Part shown: in pieces, positions 54,421 to 63,218 of the stretch
Numbering within the stretch: position 1 is the stretch's first letter
Layout: every line of letters starts with the position of its first letter
DNA from: Nannocystales bacterium
GTDB taxonomy: Bacteria > Myxococcota_A > Polyangia > Nannocystales > Nannocystaceae
DNA length: 64,000 nucleotides
Direction of reading: 5' to 3'
Assembly (NCBI GenBank): GCA_050633305.1
Contig: JBOEGF010000013.1
Coordinates: 160,001 to 224,000 of the forward strand
The notes under the pieces: generated by a model
Told to the model about the DNA's origin: nothing
Seen by the model: only the letters and a program-made list of their open reading frames with translations
The model's database searches: none
Position numbers and translations under genes: made by a program

Positions 54421-55260
54421 CCACCCGCATCGGGCCCTGGCACCGCTGGAAAACCGAGACGTCAAACCGGAAGACCCGGGCGAGCAAGCTCATCCACGAG
54501 AGCCGATCCGGCGCAACATCGAGCAGCTGTTTGTCGAGGGCCGGCCCGGTGTCGGCCGCGAGCTCGAGCTGGCCTTGCGGGACAAACAACGAGAGCTGCT
54601 TGGTCGGGATGTTCGTGGCCTCCGGCGTGGGGACGACGCGAGCGCGCAGGACGTGCCGGGGGGCAAGAACGCCGTAGTACCGAGCTGTATGGGCACCGGG
54701 CGGAGGGACCAGGGCACACAACCGAGCCAAGAACCGCCCCGGGCTCATCTGGGCGTAGGTGGCTCCATTTCGGCTGGGCCTCTTGAAGTGGACGCGGACC
54801 TGCCCGTCGGCGGTGCGCGCCGCGGCACCCAGCGCAAACGGGGGACGCAGCAGATAGCGGCAGACGCGTTCGAGCCGCTTTCGGTCGCGACCATCGACAC
54901 AGACGGCGGCATGAAGCTGCATGCCGAAGCCCGAGACAAGCATCGGTTCGATGGCACAGGGCGGGGTGCGCACGGGCCCAGGGCCAAGTCCGGATAACCC
55001 GAGCTCGACGCATGCCGCGACGCCATCCTCGGCCGGCTCGCCTTCGTCAACGGCACACTCGGCGAGGTCCGCGTACAGGCGCTGCAGCGTGCCCAAAAGG
55101 TGCTCTCCACCCAGCTGCTCAGTCGGCCAGAAGCGAACCTCCTGCGCGTCGTCCTCGGGAGCCTCGAAGCAACCGTCGGTCCCCAACGCGTGCAGGTGCA
55201 CGAACAACCCGACGTCACTGCGGCGACCGCCTGAACACTCGCCGTTTCAGAACCTCGAGT
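54421..55260 (-). mobile_element. ISCR/IS91-like HUH transposase remnant A (5'- and 3'-truncated)
   Basis: VHLHALGTDG (HUH), GFGMQLHA, LERVCRYLLRPP (catalytic Tyr), FLARLCALVPPP, HTARYYGVLAP. Confidence 0.88.
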
Positions 55261-55267
55261 ATCAGGC

Positions 55268-56401
55268 CTATCTACCGCCCCGTGGCCTCCTACCCACCCG
55301 TGCTGATCGACTAGCAGAACACGCGCTCTGCAATCTACGGCGATACGCGGTGGGCGTGGCTCCGCTCCATCGCACGAAGGCCCGGGTGAAGTTGGACGCG
55401 TTCTCGAAGCCCAGGCTGTGCCCGACTTCGGCGACAGACAGATTCGTCGACTTGAGGAGTTCGCATGCCCGCTCGTACTGGAGCTCGCGGCGAAGCGCCT
55501 CGAAGCGAAATCCACGTTCACGCAACCTCCGAGAAAGGGTGCGCTCGCTGAGACTCAGCTCCGAGGCCACCTCGGCGAGGGAGAGGTCGAGGGCAGGAGC
55601 CCGCAACACGGACCGGCGGACGAGTGCTTCGATCTGCGGTCGCTCGACGACCCGGTCGAGCGCTGAGTCGCAGCGTTTGGACAGCAACGCTCGCATCGTC
55701 CGATTGGCCAGCGCGTAGGGTTGGTCCAGAAAGTCCGAACCCAAGATGACGCGGCACCGCGCGTGCCCGAAGGAGACCCGAGAGCCCAAGACCCCACGAT
55801 GACACGTCAAGTCGTCTGGCTGGGCGTAGGCGAGCTCGTAGCGCGGGGGCGTGTGCTTCGCGTTGCTGTTGAGCAGCTCGACATTTCGCGCCATGCCCCC
55901 GAGCAAGAGCTCGTACTTGAGCCGCGACTCGACCGTGTGCGGCGCGCAGCTCTGTCGTAGCTCAATGGACGCATCGCCATCGTCGTGCCAGTGCAGACGC
56001 AGCTGGGTGCCGCAGCTGAGGATCTCGTAGAACTTGCACAGGCGGGGCAACGCGTCCCGACCATTGGTGCAGGCTTGGAGGAGCAGTCCCAGCTCGCCGA
56101 TCGCAGGAAAACTGAACTGCTGGCCGAGCGCCAACCAGAAGGCGGAGTCATCGCGCTGCTCCGCAATGGCCATCAGCAGACTGGTGTAGGCCTGAGCCGA
56201 AGCCCGTGCATCGGGGACCTCGAACTGCGTCCGCTGAAGGCCGAGGCGCTGCAGCCATGGCCGCGTCTCGATCCCGACATCATCAGCAAACCGAGCCACG
56301 ATCGCGACGTGGCAGTACGGGACCGTCCGCGTATCGGTAGCGACCCGCGCTTCGGCTGCGTCCGTCGAGTTGGGGGGAGGTTGGCGGGCGAGGACTGACA
56401 T
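55268..56401 (-). CDS. AraC-family transcriptional regulator
   Basis: N-terminal ligand domain (GELGLLL...ALPRL); SLAEVASELSLSERTLSRRL; VAEVGHSLGFENASNFTRAFVRWSGATPTAYR. Confidence 0.92.
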   Translation of the reverse strand: MSVLARQPPPNSTDAAEARVATDTRTVPYCHVAIVARFADDVGIETRPWLQRLGLQRTQFEVPDARASAQAYTSLLMAIAEQRDDSAFWLALGQQFSFPAIGELGLLLQACTNGRDALPRLCKFYEILSCGTQLRLHWHDDGDASIELRQSCAPHTVESRLKYELLLGGMARNVELLNSNAKHTPPRYELAYAQPDDLTCHRGVLGSRVSFGHARCRVILGSDFLDQPYALANRTMRALLSKRCDSALDRVVERPQIEALVRRSVLRAPALDLSLAEVASELSLSERTLSRRLRERGFRFEALRRELQYERACELLKSTNLSVAEVGHSLGFENASNFTRAFVRWSGATPTAYRRRLQSACSASRSARVGRRPRGGR

Positions 56402-56495
56402 TTGGCGGACGAGGAGCGTTGCAGGCGAGGGGCCAGCTCGTAGCTTCAGACCAGAAGATAGACGCTCCCAACGAGCTTTCAAGACAGGACCACCC

Positions 56496-56846
56496 GTGAA
56501 TCCAACGTTCATTCTCGGCGGACTTCTTGCGGCGTCGGCTCCCCTCAGCGGCTTCGACGAGCCCCCGAAGACCCAGCCCATCATCGACCAAACCTCACTC
56601 CAAACCCCTCGCGTTCGGGCCGCGTTGCGGGCCACTGAAACCCGCTACAAGGCGACGTGTCGCGATACCGCACTGGGGCGACCGCAGATGTTCCTGTTGT
56701 GGACGCTGCAATGGGCGTCCGCAGAGTGCCCGTTCGTCGACGACCCGAGCCGGGGTGTGCGCGTGACGTTCCGATTCGCGCAGATGCTCGATGGCACCGT
56801 CGACCTCCGGCGAACCCGGGTTCGCCTGATCGACCTCGCGCGATGA
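56496..56846 (+). CDS. Small exported hypothetical protein
   Basis: GTG start after AGGA; signal-like TFILGGLLAASA. Confidence 0.5.
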   Translation: MNPTFILGGLLAASAPLSGFDEPPKTQPIIDQTSLQTPRVRAALRATETRYKATCRDTALGRPQMFLLWTLQWASAECPFVDDPSRGVRVTFRFAQMLDGTVDLRRTRVRLIDLAR

Positions 56847-56856
56847 ATGCAGCCGT

Positions 56857-57783
56857 CTACAGGACGCCCGCGGCTTCGGCGAGTTCCGTCGCCGAGCGCG
56901 CCACGCTCCACACCCGAACCCCGCCCAACAGGCCGTCGAGCGGCTCATTGAACCCGGGACTGGTGTCGGCCAAGCTCATCTCGAGCATGTTCCCAGCCGG
57001 GAGAGAGCCGCTGCTGGGCTCGCTTTCTTCCAAGACGCCGTCGACCCAGAGGGTCACATCGCTCCCGTCGTTGACACATGCGACATGAAACCACTGGCCA
57101 GTCACAACCGGGGCGGAGAACACCGCCGCGCCCGCAGCGTTGCACCGCAACCCTTGGTCGGCGTAGACCATCAGCGAGTACTGTCCATCGTTGTCGAGGA
57201 TGCCCGCACGGCCGGCTTTGGGGAGTGAATCCAGCCAAACCCAGGCCTCGAACGTGATGTCACCGACGATGTCCAGCGTCGCCGAGTCGGGAACGGAAAT
57301 CATGGAGGAATCGGCTCCCCGGGCGGCGACACCAAATGGACCCCCTTCGAGCGTCAGCGCGATGGTCGTGCCGTCGTTGCCATGCATGGACCCATCCGAC
57401 AGCGTTCCGGAATCTGCATCTGCGAAGTCGTAGCAGGCGCGCAGAGCGGCGAGCGAGTCGTCGCAGAGCTCAAACGATGGGCCGCCGGTCGAAGAGGACT
57501 CGCCCGTGTCCTCCCCCGAGGTTGTGCTGGTGTCGCCCGACGACGTGCTCGTGCTCTCTGTCGAGGATGGGTCGGTGGGGTCCGTCGGGTCCGTCGGGTC
57601 CGTCGGGTCCGTTGGATTCGTCGTTCCACTGGGGCCGGTCGAGTCCGTCGTGTCCCCTGTGGACCCGGTCGTGCCCGTGGTCTCAGTATCCCCGATCGTC
57701 ATCCCGGAGGCCGCTCCAGCACCGCCACTCTCGAACGCACACCCCACCCCAACCAAGGAGAGCACCACACTCCAGCGAATCAC
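56857..57783 (-). CDS. LamG/concanavalin-like domain lipoprotein with Thr/Ser/Asp linker
   Basis: VGVGC lipobox; ITFEAWV, WFHVACV, LWVDG, GVRVWSVARS. Confidence 0.85.
   Translation of the reverse strand: MIRWSVVLSLVGVGCAFESGGAGAASGMTIGDTETTGTTGSTGDTTDSTGPSGTTNPTDPTDPTDPTDPTDPSSTESTSTSSGDTSTTSGEDTGESSSTGGPSFELCDDSLAALRACYDFADADSGTLSDGSMHGNDGTTIALTLEGGPFGVAARGADSSMISVPDSATLDIVGDITFEAWVWLDSLPKAGRAGILDNDGQYSLMVYADQGLRCNAAGAAVFSAPVVTGQWFHVACVNDGSDVTLWVDGVLEESEPSSGSLPAGNMLEMSLADTSPGFNEPLDGLLGGVRVWSVARSATELAEAAGVL
57567..57620. repeat. 9-bp coding tandem repeat (TDP)n
   Basis: gggtccgtc repeated, encoding TDPTDPTDP. Confidence 0.8.
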
Positions 57784-57849
57784 GCTGCGATTGTCCCCCG
57801 CACGCCCGCGAGGCACAACACTGCAACAGTCACGCGTCCAAGACCGGGT

Positions 57850-58806
57850 CTACTCTGAGCCGACCCAGGACACCGGAGGCTTCGGAGCCGGAAAACGCGC
57901 GCTCGGTTTCCGAGCGCGCGGCGGTTCTCCAACTGCCGACTCCGCCAACTGCCAAAGCGTCTGTGCGCCCCCGTAGATCGAGGAGGTGAGCGGAACCCGC
58001 TCTTCGAGATCGGGCACGCCGGGGAAGGTACTCGCCATCTGGCGGTGGAGAGAGACGAGGCCATCGAACGCAGTGTCCAGCCGCATCACGGGCTCATCCC
58101 GCAGCCAGGCGCTGGTCAAGTTTCGACTGGCCTGCATCGCTGCGGGCTCTCCTACGGCAAGGTCGAGGATCGCCAGTCCCAGGGGTGGGGCCTTCGGTGC
58201 TCCTTGGCGCCAGAGCTCGAACTTCTGGATCTGGACCTCAGACTCGCTCTCGAACGTCATGCCCCAAGAGGACACATCCTGCATCGGCGAGAGCAACGCC
58301 ATGGCGAGACTCTCTCTCCCCGGAAGCCGCAGAGAGACGTTCTTCCAGCGGTTGTCGACGAACGTGACCGACCGCGACCACTCCACGGCCCCAGCAGCGC
58401 TGAAGAATTCGAAACGCACGGTGACCGGGTGCGCCGGCGAAGCATCCCGCGCACTCAGACGCACCTTGGCCTTCGTCGCCCGACCGAATGTCCCGGGCAA
58501 CGCTCCGGTGCGCGCCCGAACCCGGCCTCCTGCTGCCGCGTGGAACGACACCCCTCGGTGTCGCTTGCTGACGAATCGACCGACATCCACACCGGAAGAC
58601 GCACGCCAGTTCTTCCCGAGCTCTCCAACCTCGAGCGCAGACTCTTGGAAGAGCAGTGTTCGTCGCGAGACGGCCTCAGAAGCTGCGTTGGAAGCAACTT
58701 CTCGAGACGATGACGCGAGCGACTCGGCCGCGTTGCACCCCGAAAGATGGACGAGTGCACCCGCGAACAGAGCCGCCCCAAACCCTGGGAACCAGCTCGA
58801 TCGCAT
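57850..58806 (-). CDS. Lipoprotein, possible carbohydrate-binding beta-sandwich
   Basis: LSGC lipobox; W..SVTF...WKNVSLRL segment. Confidence 0.55.
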   Translation of the reverse strand: MRSSWFPGFGAALFAGALVHLSGCNAAESLASSSREVASNAASEAVSRRTLLFQESALEVGELGKNWRASSGVDVGRFVSKRHRGVSFHAAAGGRVRARTGALPGTFGRATKAKVRLSARDASPAHPVTVRFEFFSAAGAVEWSRSVTFVDNRWKNVSLRLPGRESLAMALLSPMQDVSSWGMTFESESEVQIQKFELWRQGAPKAPPLGLAILDLAVGEPAAMQASRNLTSAWLRDEPVMRLDTAFDGLVSLHRQMASTFPGVPDLEERVPLTSSIYGGAQTLWQLAESAVGEPPRARKPSARFPAPKPPVSWVGSE

Positions 58807-59090
58807 ACCGATGAATTAACTGTGATGCACCTGTCATGGTTTCGCCATGGGGGCGGAACGAAACAGGCCGTTCGAGATAGCGAAACTTCGCCTGCGCGCG
58901 GTCGTGCACCGCGAATCGGCCGGCCTGACAGTCGTGCCCTGCGCTGCTCTGCCGTCCCCCGCTGTTCTCGATCCGGTCACGACAACCATGTCGCGGTTCC
59001 GGCCGATCGATCCAAAACGGTAAGCGCTACGTATACAGAAGGTGGATCACGTAACGCGACCAAGCCCAGACACGTTGCGCAGATACCACC

Positions 59091-60023
59091 ATGGCCCACA
59101 ACCGAACTGGCGGACCTCTCCGTCGGGCCGCACGTAAAAGCGTACAGAACACGATGTGGGCCGAACCAAACGACGACGTGATCCCGCACCTCGACTGCCC
59201 GCTGTGCCACAACCAGGACCGGCGCTTCATCGTCGGGACGTGGGAAGATCCCATCGGCGTCGCGCGTTGCACCGCATGTGGCCTCGTCCACACGACGGGG
59301 CGTCATGCCACACAGCCCGGGACCTCCGCGCTCGTGCTCAACGGCGCAGCACGGCGGCAACATCGCCGGGCGTTCGACCTCTACGACCGACTGCTGCACG
59401 GCCGCCTTCGCAGCCCCATGCAAGGCGCCACCGCCCTCGACATCGGGTGTAGCGACGGTGCTTGGCTGGATCAGCTCCGGCTTTGGGGATACGAAACCGA
59501 GGGAACCGACACGGATCCGACCCTGGCAGCCGCGAACCATCACGTCTACGAAATGGACGCTGACGGTGGCGCTGACCTGGGTCAACAGTACGAGGTCATC
59601 TCGCTCATCGACCAGCTCGACCTGGTCGAGAGACCCGCCGCCGCGCTGCACTTTGCGGCTCGCCACCTCGCGCCCGGCGGCGTCGTGATCATCGAGGTCC
59701 CCAACTGGAATCACAAGCGGGCGAACTCCGAGCTTCCCGATGGCGTCGAGCTGGGACGGCAGGTCGCGTTCTACGACCGAGACTCGTTACGAGATGCCGT
59801 CGTCGCGGTGGGGCTCGAGCCCCTCGCGGTTTGGAGCGCACCGGGCGTCCTGGGCCGAGCGATCGCGACGACACGTGCTCAGCAAGCCCGACACGGTGCC
59901 TCCGACTTCCTGCGACGCACGCTTTCACTCGCCGAGCGCGCCCTGTGCCACGCCAGCGATGCATCCGACCAGGGCGCCAAGCTTGTCATGGTGGCCCGCC
60001 GCGTGATGGACGAGGCGCACTGA
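59091..60023 (+). CDS. Class I SAM-dependent methyltransferase with N-terminal zinc ribbon
   Basis: CPLC...CTACGL; ALDIGCSDG; LAPGGVVIIEVPN; true start may be ~59154. Confidence 0.85.
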   Translation: MAHNRTGGPLRRAARKSVQNTMWAEPNDDVIPHLDCPLCHNQDRRFIVGTWEDPIGVARCTACGLVHTTGRHATQPGTSALVLNGAARRQHRRAFDLYDRLLHGRLRSPMQGATALDIGCSDGAWLDQLRLWGYETEGTDTDPTLAAANHHVYEMDADGGADLGQQYEVISLIDQLDLVERPAAALHFAARHLAPGGVVIIEVPNWNHKRANSELPDGVELGRQVAFYDRDSLRDAVVAVGLEPLAVWSAPGVLGRAIATTRAQQARHGASDFLRRTLSLAERALCHASDASDQGAKLVMVARRVMDEAH

Positions 60024-60051
60024 GGCAGCTCTCCCCGGAGATCCCCCAGCC

Positions 60052-60570
60052 TCATCCGCCCGAGTACGGGTCGTGGGAGAACGGGTCGTCACACGGGCTC
60101 GGCCCCACACCACACGTCATGCAGACGCCACCTTCCGCGACTCGCTGGCCCTCGATCTCCCACTCCTGAGTGAGGTCGATGAACACCGCGCCCCACGCCC
60201 CGTCACCCTGCGGGACGAGGCGCACCTCTTCGCTCATCGAGGTCAGACCAGACCCTTCCGGTCCGATGTACGACCACGATAGGCACTCACTCGGACACAA
60301 GCCCTCGCGCCAGTTCATCGGAGTCTCCGGGCCAGCCTTCAACACGATCTCCCCCTCCACGACCGACCACAGGCCCGACGTACCGCCCTCGAAGTCGCAC
60401 CCGACGGTGATCGTTCGAAACGTCCCATCTTCGAGCAACTCGAGGTTCGTGTTGTCGTTGACGTCGACCACGTTGTAGACACCCGCGAACTCGTCGTTCG
60501 CAACGACCTCCTCCGGGTTGGCAACACACGCGGCGAGCATCAGCAAAGGTAAGAAGCTTCGATAGTCCAT
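60052..60570 (-). CDS. Lipoprotein of unknown function
   Basis: LMLAAC lipobox. Confidence 0.7.
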   Translation of the reverse strand: MDYRSFLPLLMLAACVANPEEVVANDEFAGVYNVVDVNDNTNLELLEDGTFRTITVGCDFEGGTSGLWSVVEGEIVLKAGPETPMNWREGLCPSECLSWSYIGPEGSGLTSMSEEVRLVPQGDGAWGAVFIDLTQEWEIEGQRVAEGGVCMTCGVGPSPCDDPFSHDPYSGG

Positions 60571-60576
60571 GCTGGG

Positions 60577-61827
60577 TCAGTCTCCGCCTGCCGGGGATTT
60601 CATGACGCCGCCGTCGTTTTTCTTGCATCGACGCTCCGTCCAGGCCTTGGCGTCGACACCCGGGAGATGGGCGCGAACGAAGGCAGTCGCCGCGCCGATA
60701 TCGTCGGCGGCGCAGTGAACCCGGACCGCAACTCGGACCGCATCTTGGGCCAAGGGCCCGGCAGGCCACGATTCCAAATACGATGTCGAAGCCGCAAGTG
60801 CCTCCTGCCATGCACCTCGACCCAGGTGCCCTTCGGCCAGCCCAAGAAGCGCAACCTGAGCGGCCAGATCGCCCTCTCGAAGCGGAGCCTGGACGGGACT
60901 CGGCATGGACGGCCGCGGTGGTGTGGGAGACACGTCTCCCACCTCGTCCACCACCTGCACCTTCGGGTTGGGCGGCGCCGGTCGGGTCGGAGCTGGAGCC
61001 GCAGCAACTCGACGCTTGGGAGCAGCGGCCGCAGGCGCGCCGACCGGTGCGGCAGGCGGTGGGACGGACCCTGTGAACCCCGGGCTTGCCAGCACCGCAG
61101 CCGAGGAGATCCCCACGCCTCCAACGACAAGGGCAGCCAAGAACACTGGCTTGGCGAGCAGCACGGTGGAGGCGCCCGCGGACAACAGCTTGGGAGCGAG
61201 CAGCACCCACCCACGCATCGCGGCCCGCGAATCGGGGGCGTTCGACTGCTGATGAATCGCGGCCGCGTGCTCGGGTTGCACACGAATCCCGTCCCGCTCG
61301 AGCGCAGCGCACATCGACACGAACGACGACCGGGCCACCCGAAGTCGCGAGTACAGCGTCGCCTGGTTGACTCCCGTCGCGGCGGCAGCTTCGCGCGCGC
61401 TCAGCCCCTCCAGTTCGCAGAGCACAAAAGCTTCCCGCTTCGGAGCGTCGAGCGCCTCGACAAACGCATCCAGCACCGCCTGTGCCTCGCGGGTGCGCAC
61501 CCAGTCTTCGAGGGAGACGACCTCCGGCCGAACGGTGGCAAGTGCGTCCACACGTCGGTCGTGCCGCTCACGAGTCCGGCGGTGCCGCGATGCGATCCGC
61601 CGCGAGATGCCGGCCAACCACGCTCGCATCGACGCTTGATCTTCGACCGTATGCATCCGGCGGTACGCGGTGAGAAACACGTCCTGCCGCGCGTCGTCCA
61701 CAGCAGCCGGGGCGATTCCCCATCGCCGCAGGCAGCGGCCCACGAACGCGTGGTGCTCAAGGTACAACGCCTCGAACTGCCCGCGCATGGGCTCCGGGAC
61801 GGCCCGGGATTTGGCGCGACGACTCAT
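60577..61827 (-). CDS. ECF sigma factor with C-terminal extension (TM, Pro/Ala linker, TPR-like helices)
   Basis: FEALYLEH..FV, DDARQDVF, RAWLAGI, REAFVLCELEGLS, TLYSRLRVAR; then a hydrophobic segment and helical domain. Confidence 0.85.
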   Translation of the reverse strand: MSRRAKSRAVPEPMRGQFEALYLEHHAFVGRCLRRWGIAPAAVDDARQDVFLTAYRRMHTVEDQASMRAWLAGISRRIASRHRRTRERHDRRVDALATVRPEVVSLEDWVRTREAQAVLDAFVEALDAPKREAFVLCELEGLSAREAAAATGVNQATLYSRLRVARSSFVSMCAALERDGIRVQPEHAAAIHQQSNAPDSRAAMRGWVLLAPKLLSAGASTVLLAKPVFLAALVVGGVGISSAAVLASPGFTGSVPPPAAPVGAPAAAAPKRRVAAAPAPTRPAPPNPKVQVVDEVGDVSPTPPRPSMPSPVQAPLREGDLAAQVALLGLAEGHLGRGAWQEALAASTSYLESWPAGPLAQDAVRVAVRVHCAADDIGAATAFVRAHLPGVDAKAWTERRCKKNDGGVMKSPAGGD

Positions 61828-61858
61828 CTGCCCGGGTAGTCTCCACCATCGCGGGGAT

Positions 61859-62884
61859 TCATGAACCCCAGCGAAATTCGACGAACCCCAGCGCCCGCGC
61901 CGCGACCGGAGACGGCGTGTAGAGGCCCGGACGCCCCTCTCCGTCGAAGGCGGGCCGCCACAGCGCCACCGAACCGTCCACGGACGCCCCCACCCCGACG
62001 TTCGGATGAGGGAGCCACACCAACCCAGAAGCGACCACGGCCCCGACCCACCAGCTGCTCACGTCTCGATTGCGAGCCCCGCCGAACCCCTCCGCGCGAA
62101 TCAGGCTCGCCGACGCGCCCCCACACACGGGGAACTCGAGCCGTGCACGCTTGGGTACGTAGCAGCCACGCGCGGTTCCGGACCACAGTGTGAAACGAGC
62201 ACCAACCTCGGGCTCCGAGGGAAACGTCGCCTGGGTCTGGAACGCACGGTCGGCCCCCACCTCAGCCCGCCAGCGACGGCCCAGCAACCCGACACGAACA
62301 CCCGCACTTCCGGAGACGCCGGGGAGCACCCCGACGCCAGCGCCTCCGTGCAGGCGGACCACGCCTCGCAGTGAGTACGGGGCCCGAGACCTTGCTGGCG
62401 GCACCTCAACCGCGTCGCGGACCTCGGGCTCGGGTTCGGGTTCGGGTTCGGGTTCGGGTTCGGCAGGACTCGGCGGGATCGGAGCTTGGGGCACGACGAC
62501 AGCGTCCGCGGTCTCGACCAACTCCGCGGTCCGCAAGGTGTCGACCGAGGCCGCGGGCTGAACTGCGATACCGACCACGACCGCAGTCGCGTCCACGAGA
62601 ACGTCGCAGTCGGCGGACTCCAGCTCGCGATGCACCGTCTCACCGTCCACCTCGACATCCAGCGAGAGACCGAAGTCCCCCGCAGCGTTCGAGACCAGCG
62701 CAATCACGACCGACGCTCGCAGCGGCCCCTCGCGGTTCTCGAGGCGCGTCGCGATACGGGCCTCTACGGTCGAAGCGTCGGGGCAGCCAGGGGCGCCAGA
62801 CCATTCCACTTGCACGCCGTCGGGCAGCGCAGGCTCGGCCCCCACCAGCGTGAGCGCCGAAGCCAGGACAGCCAGCGCGCTCAC
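61859..62884 (-). CDS. Exported protein with probable C-terminal beta-barrel
   Basis: Signal peptide; W...GCPD; (EP)n linker; alternating beta-strand pattern ending FVEFRWGS. Confidence 0.7.
   Translation of the reverse strand: MSALAVLASALTLVGAEPALPDGVQVEWSGAPGCPDASTVEARIATRLENREGPLRASVVIALVSNAAGDFGLSLDVEVDGETVHRELESADCDVLVDATAVVVGIAVQPAASVDTLRTAELVETADAVVVPQAPIPPSPAEPEPEPEPEPEPEVRDAVEVPPARSRAPYSLRGVVRLHGGAGVGVLPGVSGSAGVRVGLLGRRWRAEVGADRAFQTQATFPSEPEVGARFTLWSGTARGCYVPKRARLEFPVCGGASASLIRAEGFGGARNRDVSSWWVGAVVASGLVWLPHPNVGVGASVDGSVALWRPAFDGEGRPGLYTPSPVAARALGFVEFRWGS
62424..62463. repeat. 6-bp coding tandem repeat (EP)n
   Basis: tcgggt repeated. Confidence 0.8.
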
Positions 62885-62885
62885 G

Positions 62886-63152
62886 TCACTGATCGTTTCC
62901 GGAACGTACCCGGGACACCCACGCCGTAGCGTCGACGCAGGTGTCAGTACCGCGATGCCGATCGTAGGCTCCGAGGCAGCGCCGAGCATCTCGCTCGGAG
63001 TGCACGTCCGGGTCGTGTTGGCAGTCGTTGAGGCGGTCGGCCTTTTCGGACTCCCAGTCCGCGACGGTGGGCTTTCCAAAGACCGTGCCTGGCTTCGCTC
63101 GGGCGCAACCGACGAGGCACAGCAGAGAGATCATGGCGGCGAACCGGTGCAT
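62886..63152 (-). CDS. Small Cys-containing lipoprotein
   Basis: LLCLVGC lipobox. Confidence 0.5.
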   Translation of the reverse strand: MHRFAAMISLLCLVGCARAKPGTVFGKPTVADWESEKADRLNDCQHDPDVHSERDARRCLGAYDRHRGTDTCVDATAWVSRVRSGNDQ

Positions 63153-63218
63153 GGCAGAACCTGATCCTACCGACTTCTGACGGGCCGCCAAGATTCACCC
63201 TTCACGCGCCGTTTGCGC

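Larger units (their letters stand above)
44453..55403. mobile_element. Accessory island bounded by direct repeats of an araC 3' end
   Basis: gctgatcgactagca at 44453-44467 and 55302-55316; about 92 bp near-identical copy at 44638-44730 and 55311-55403; interior rich in transposase remnants and gene fragments. Confidence 0.75.

Noticed and set aside
53843..55207. 454-aa ORF as an intact transposase
   Set aside because: It lacks the N-terminal region, diverges from copies B and C at 54421, and continues through unrelated fragments; it is a chimeric remnant.
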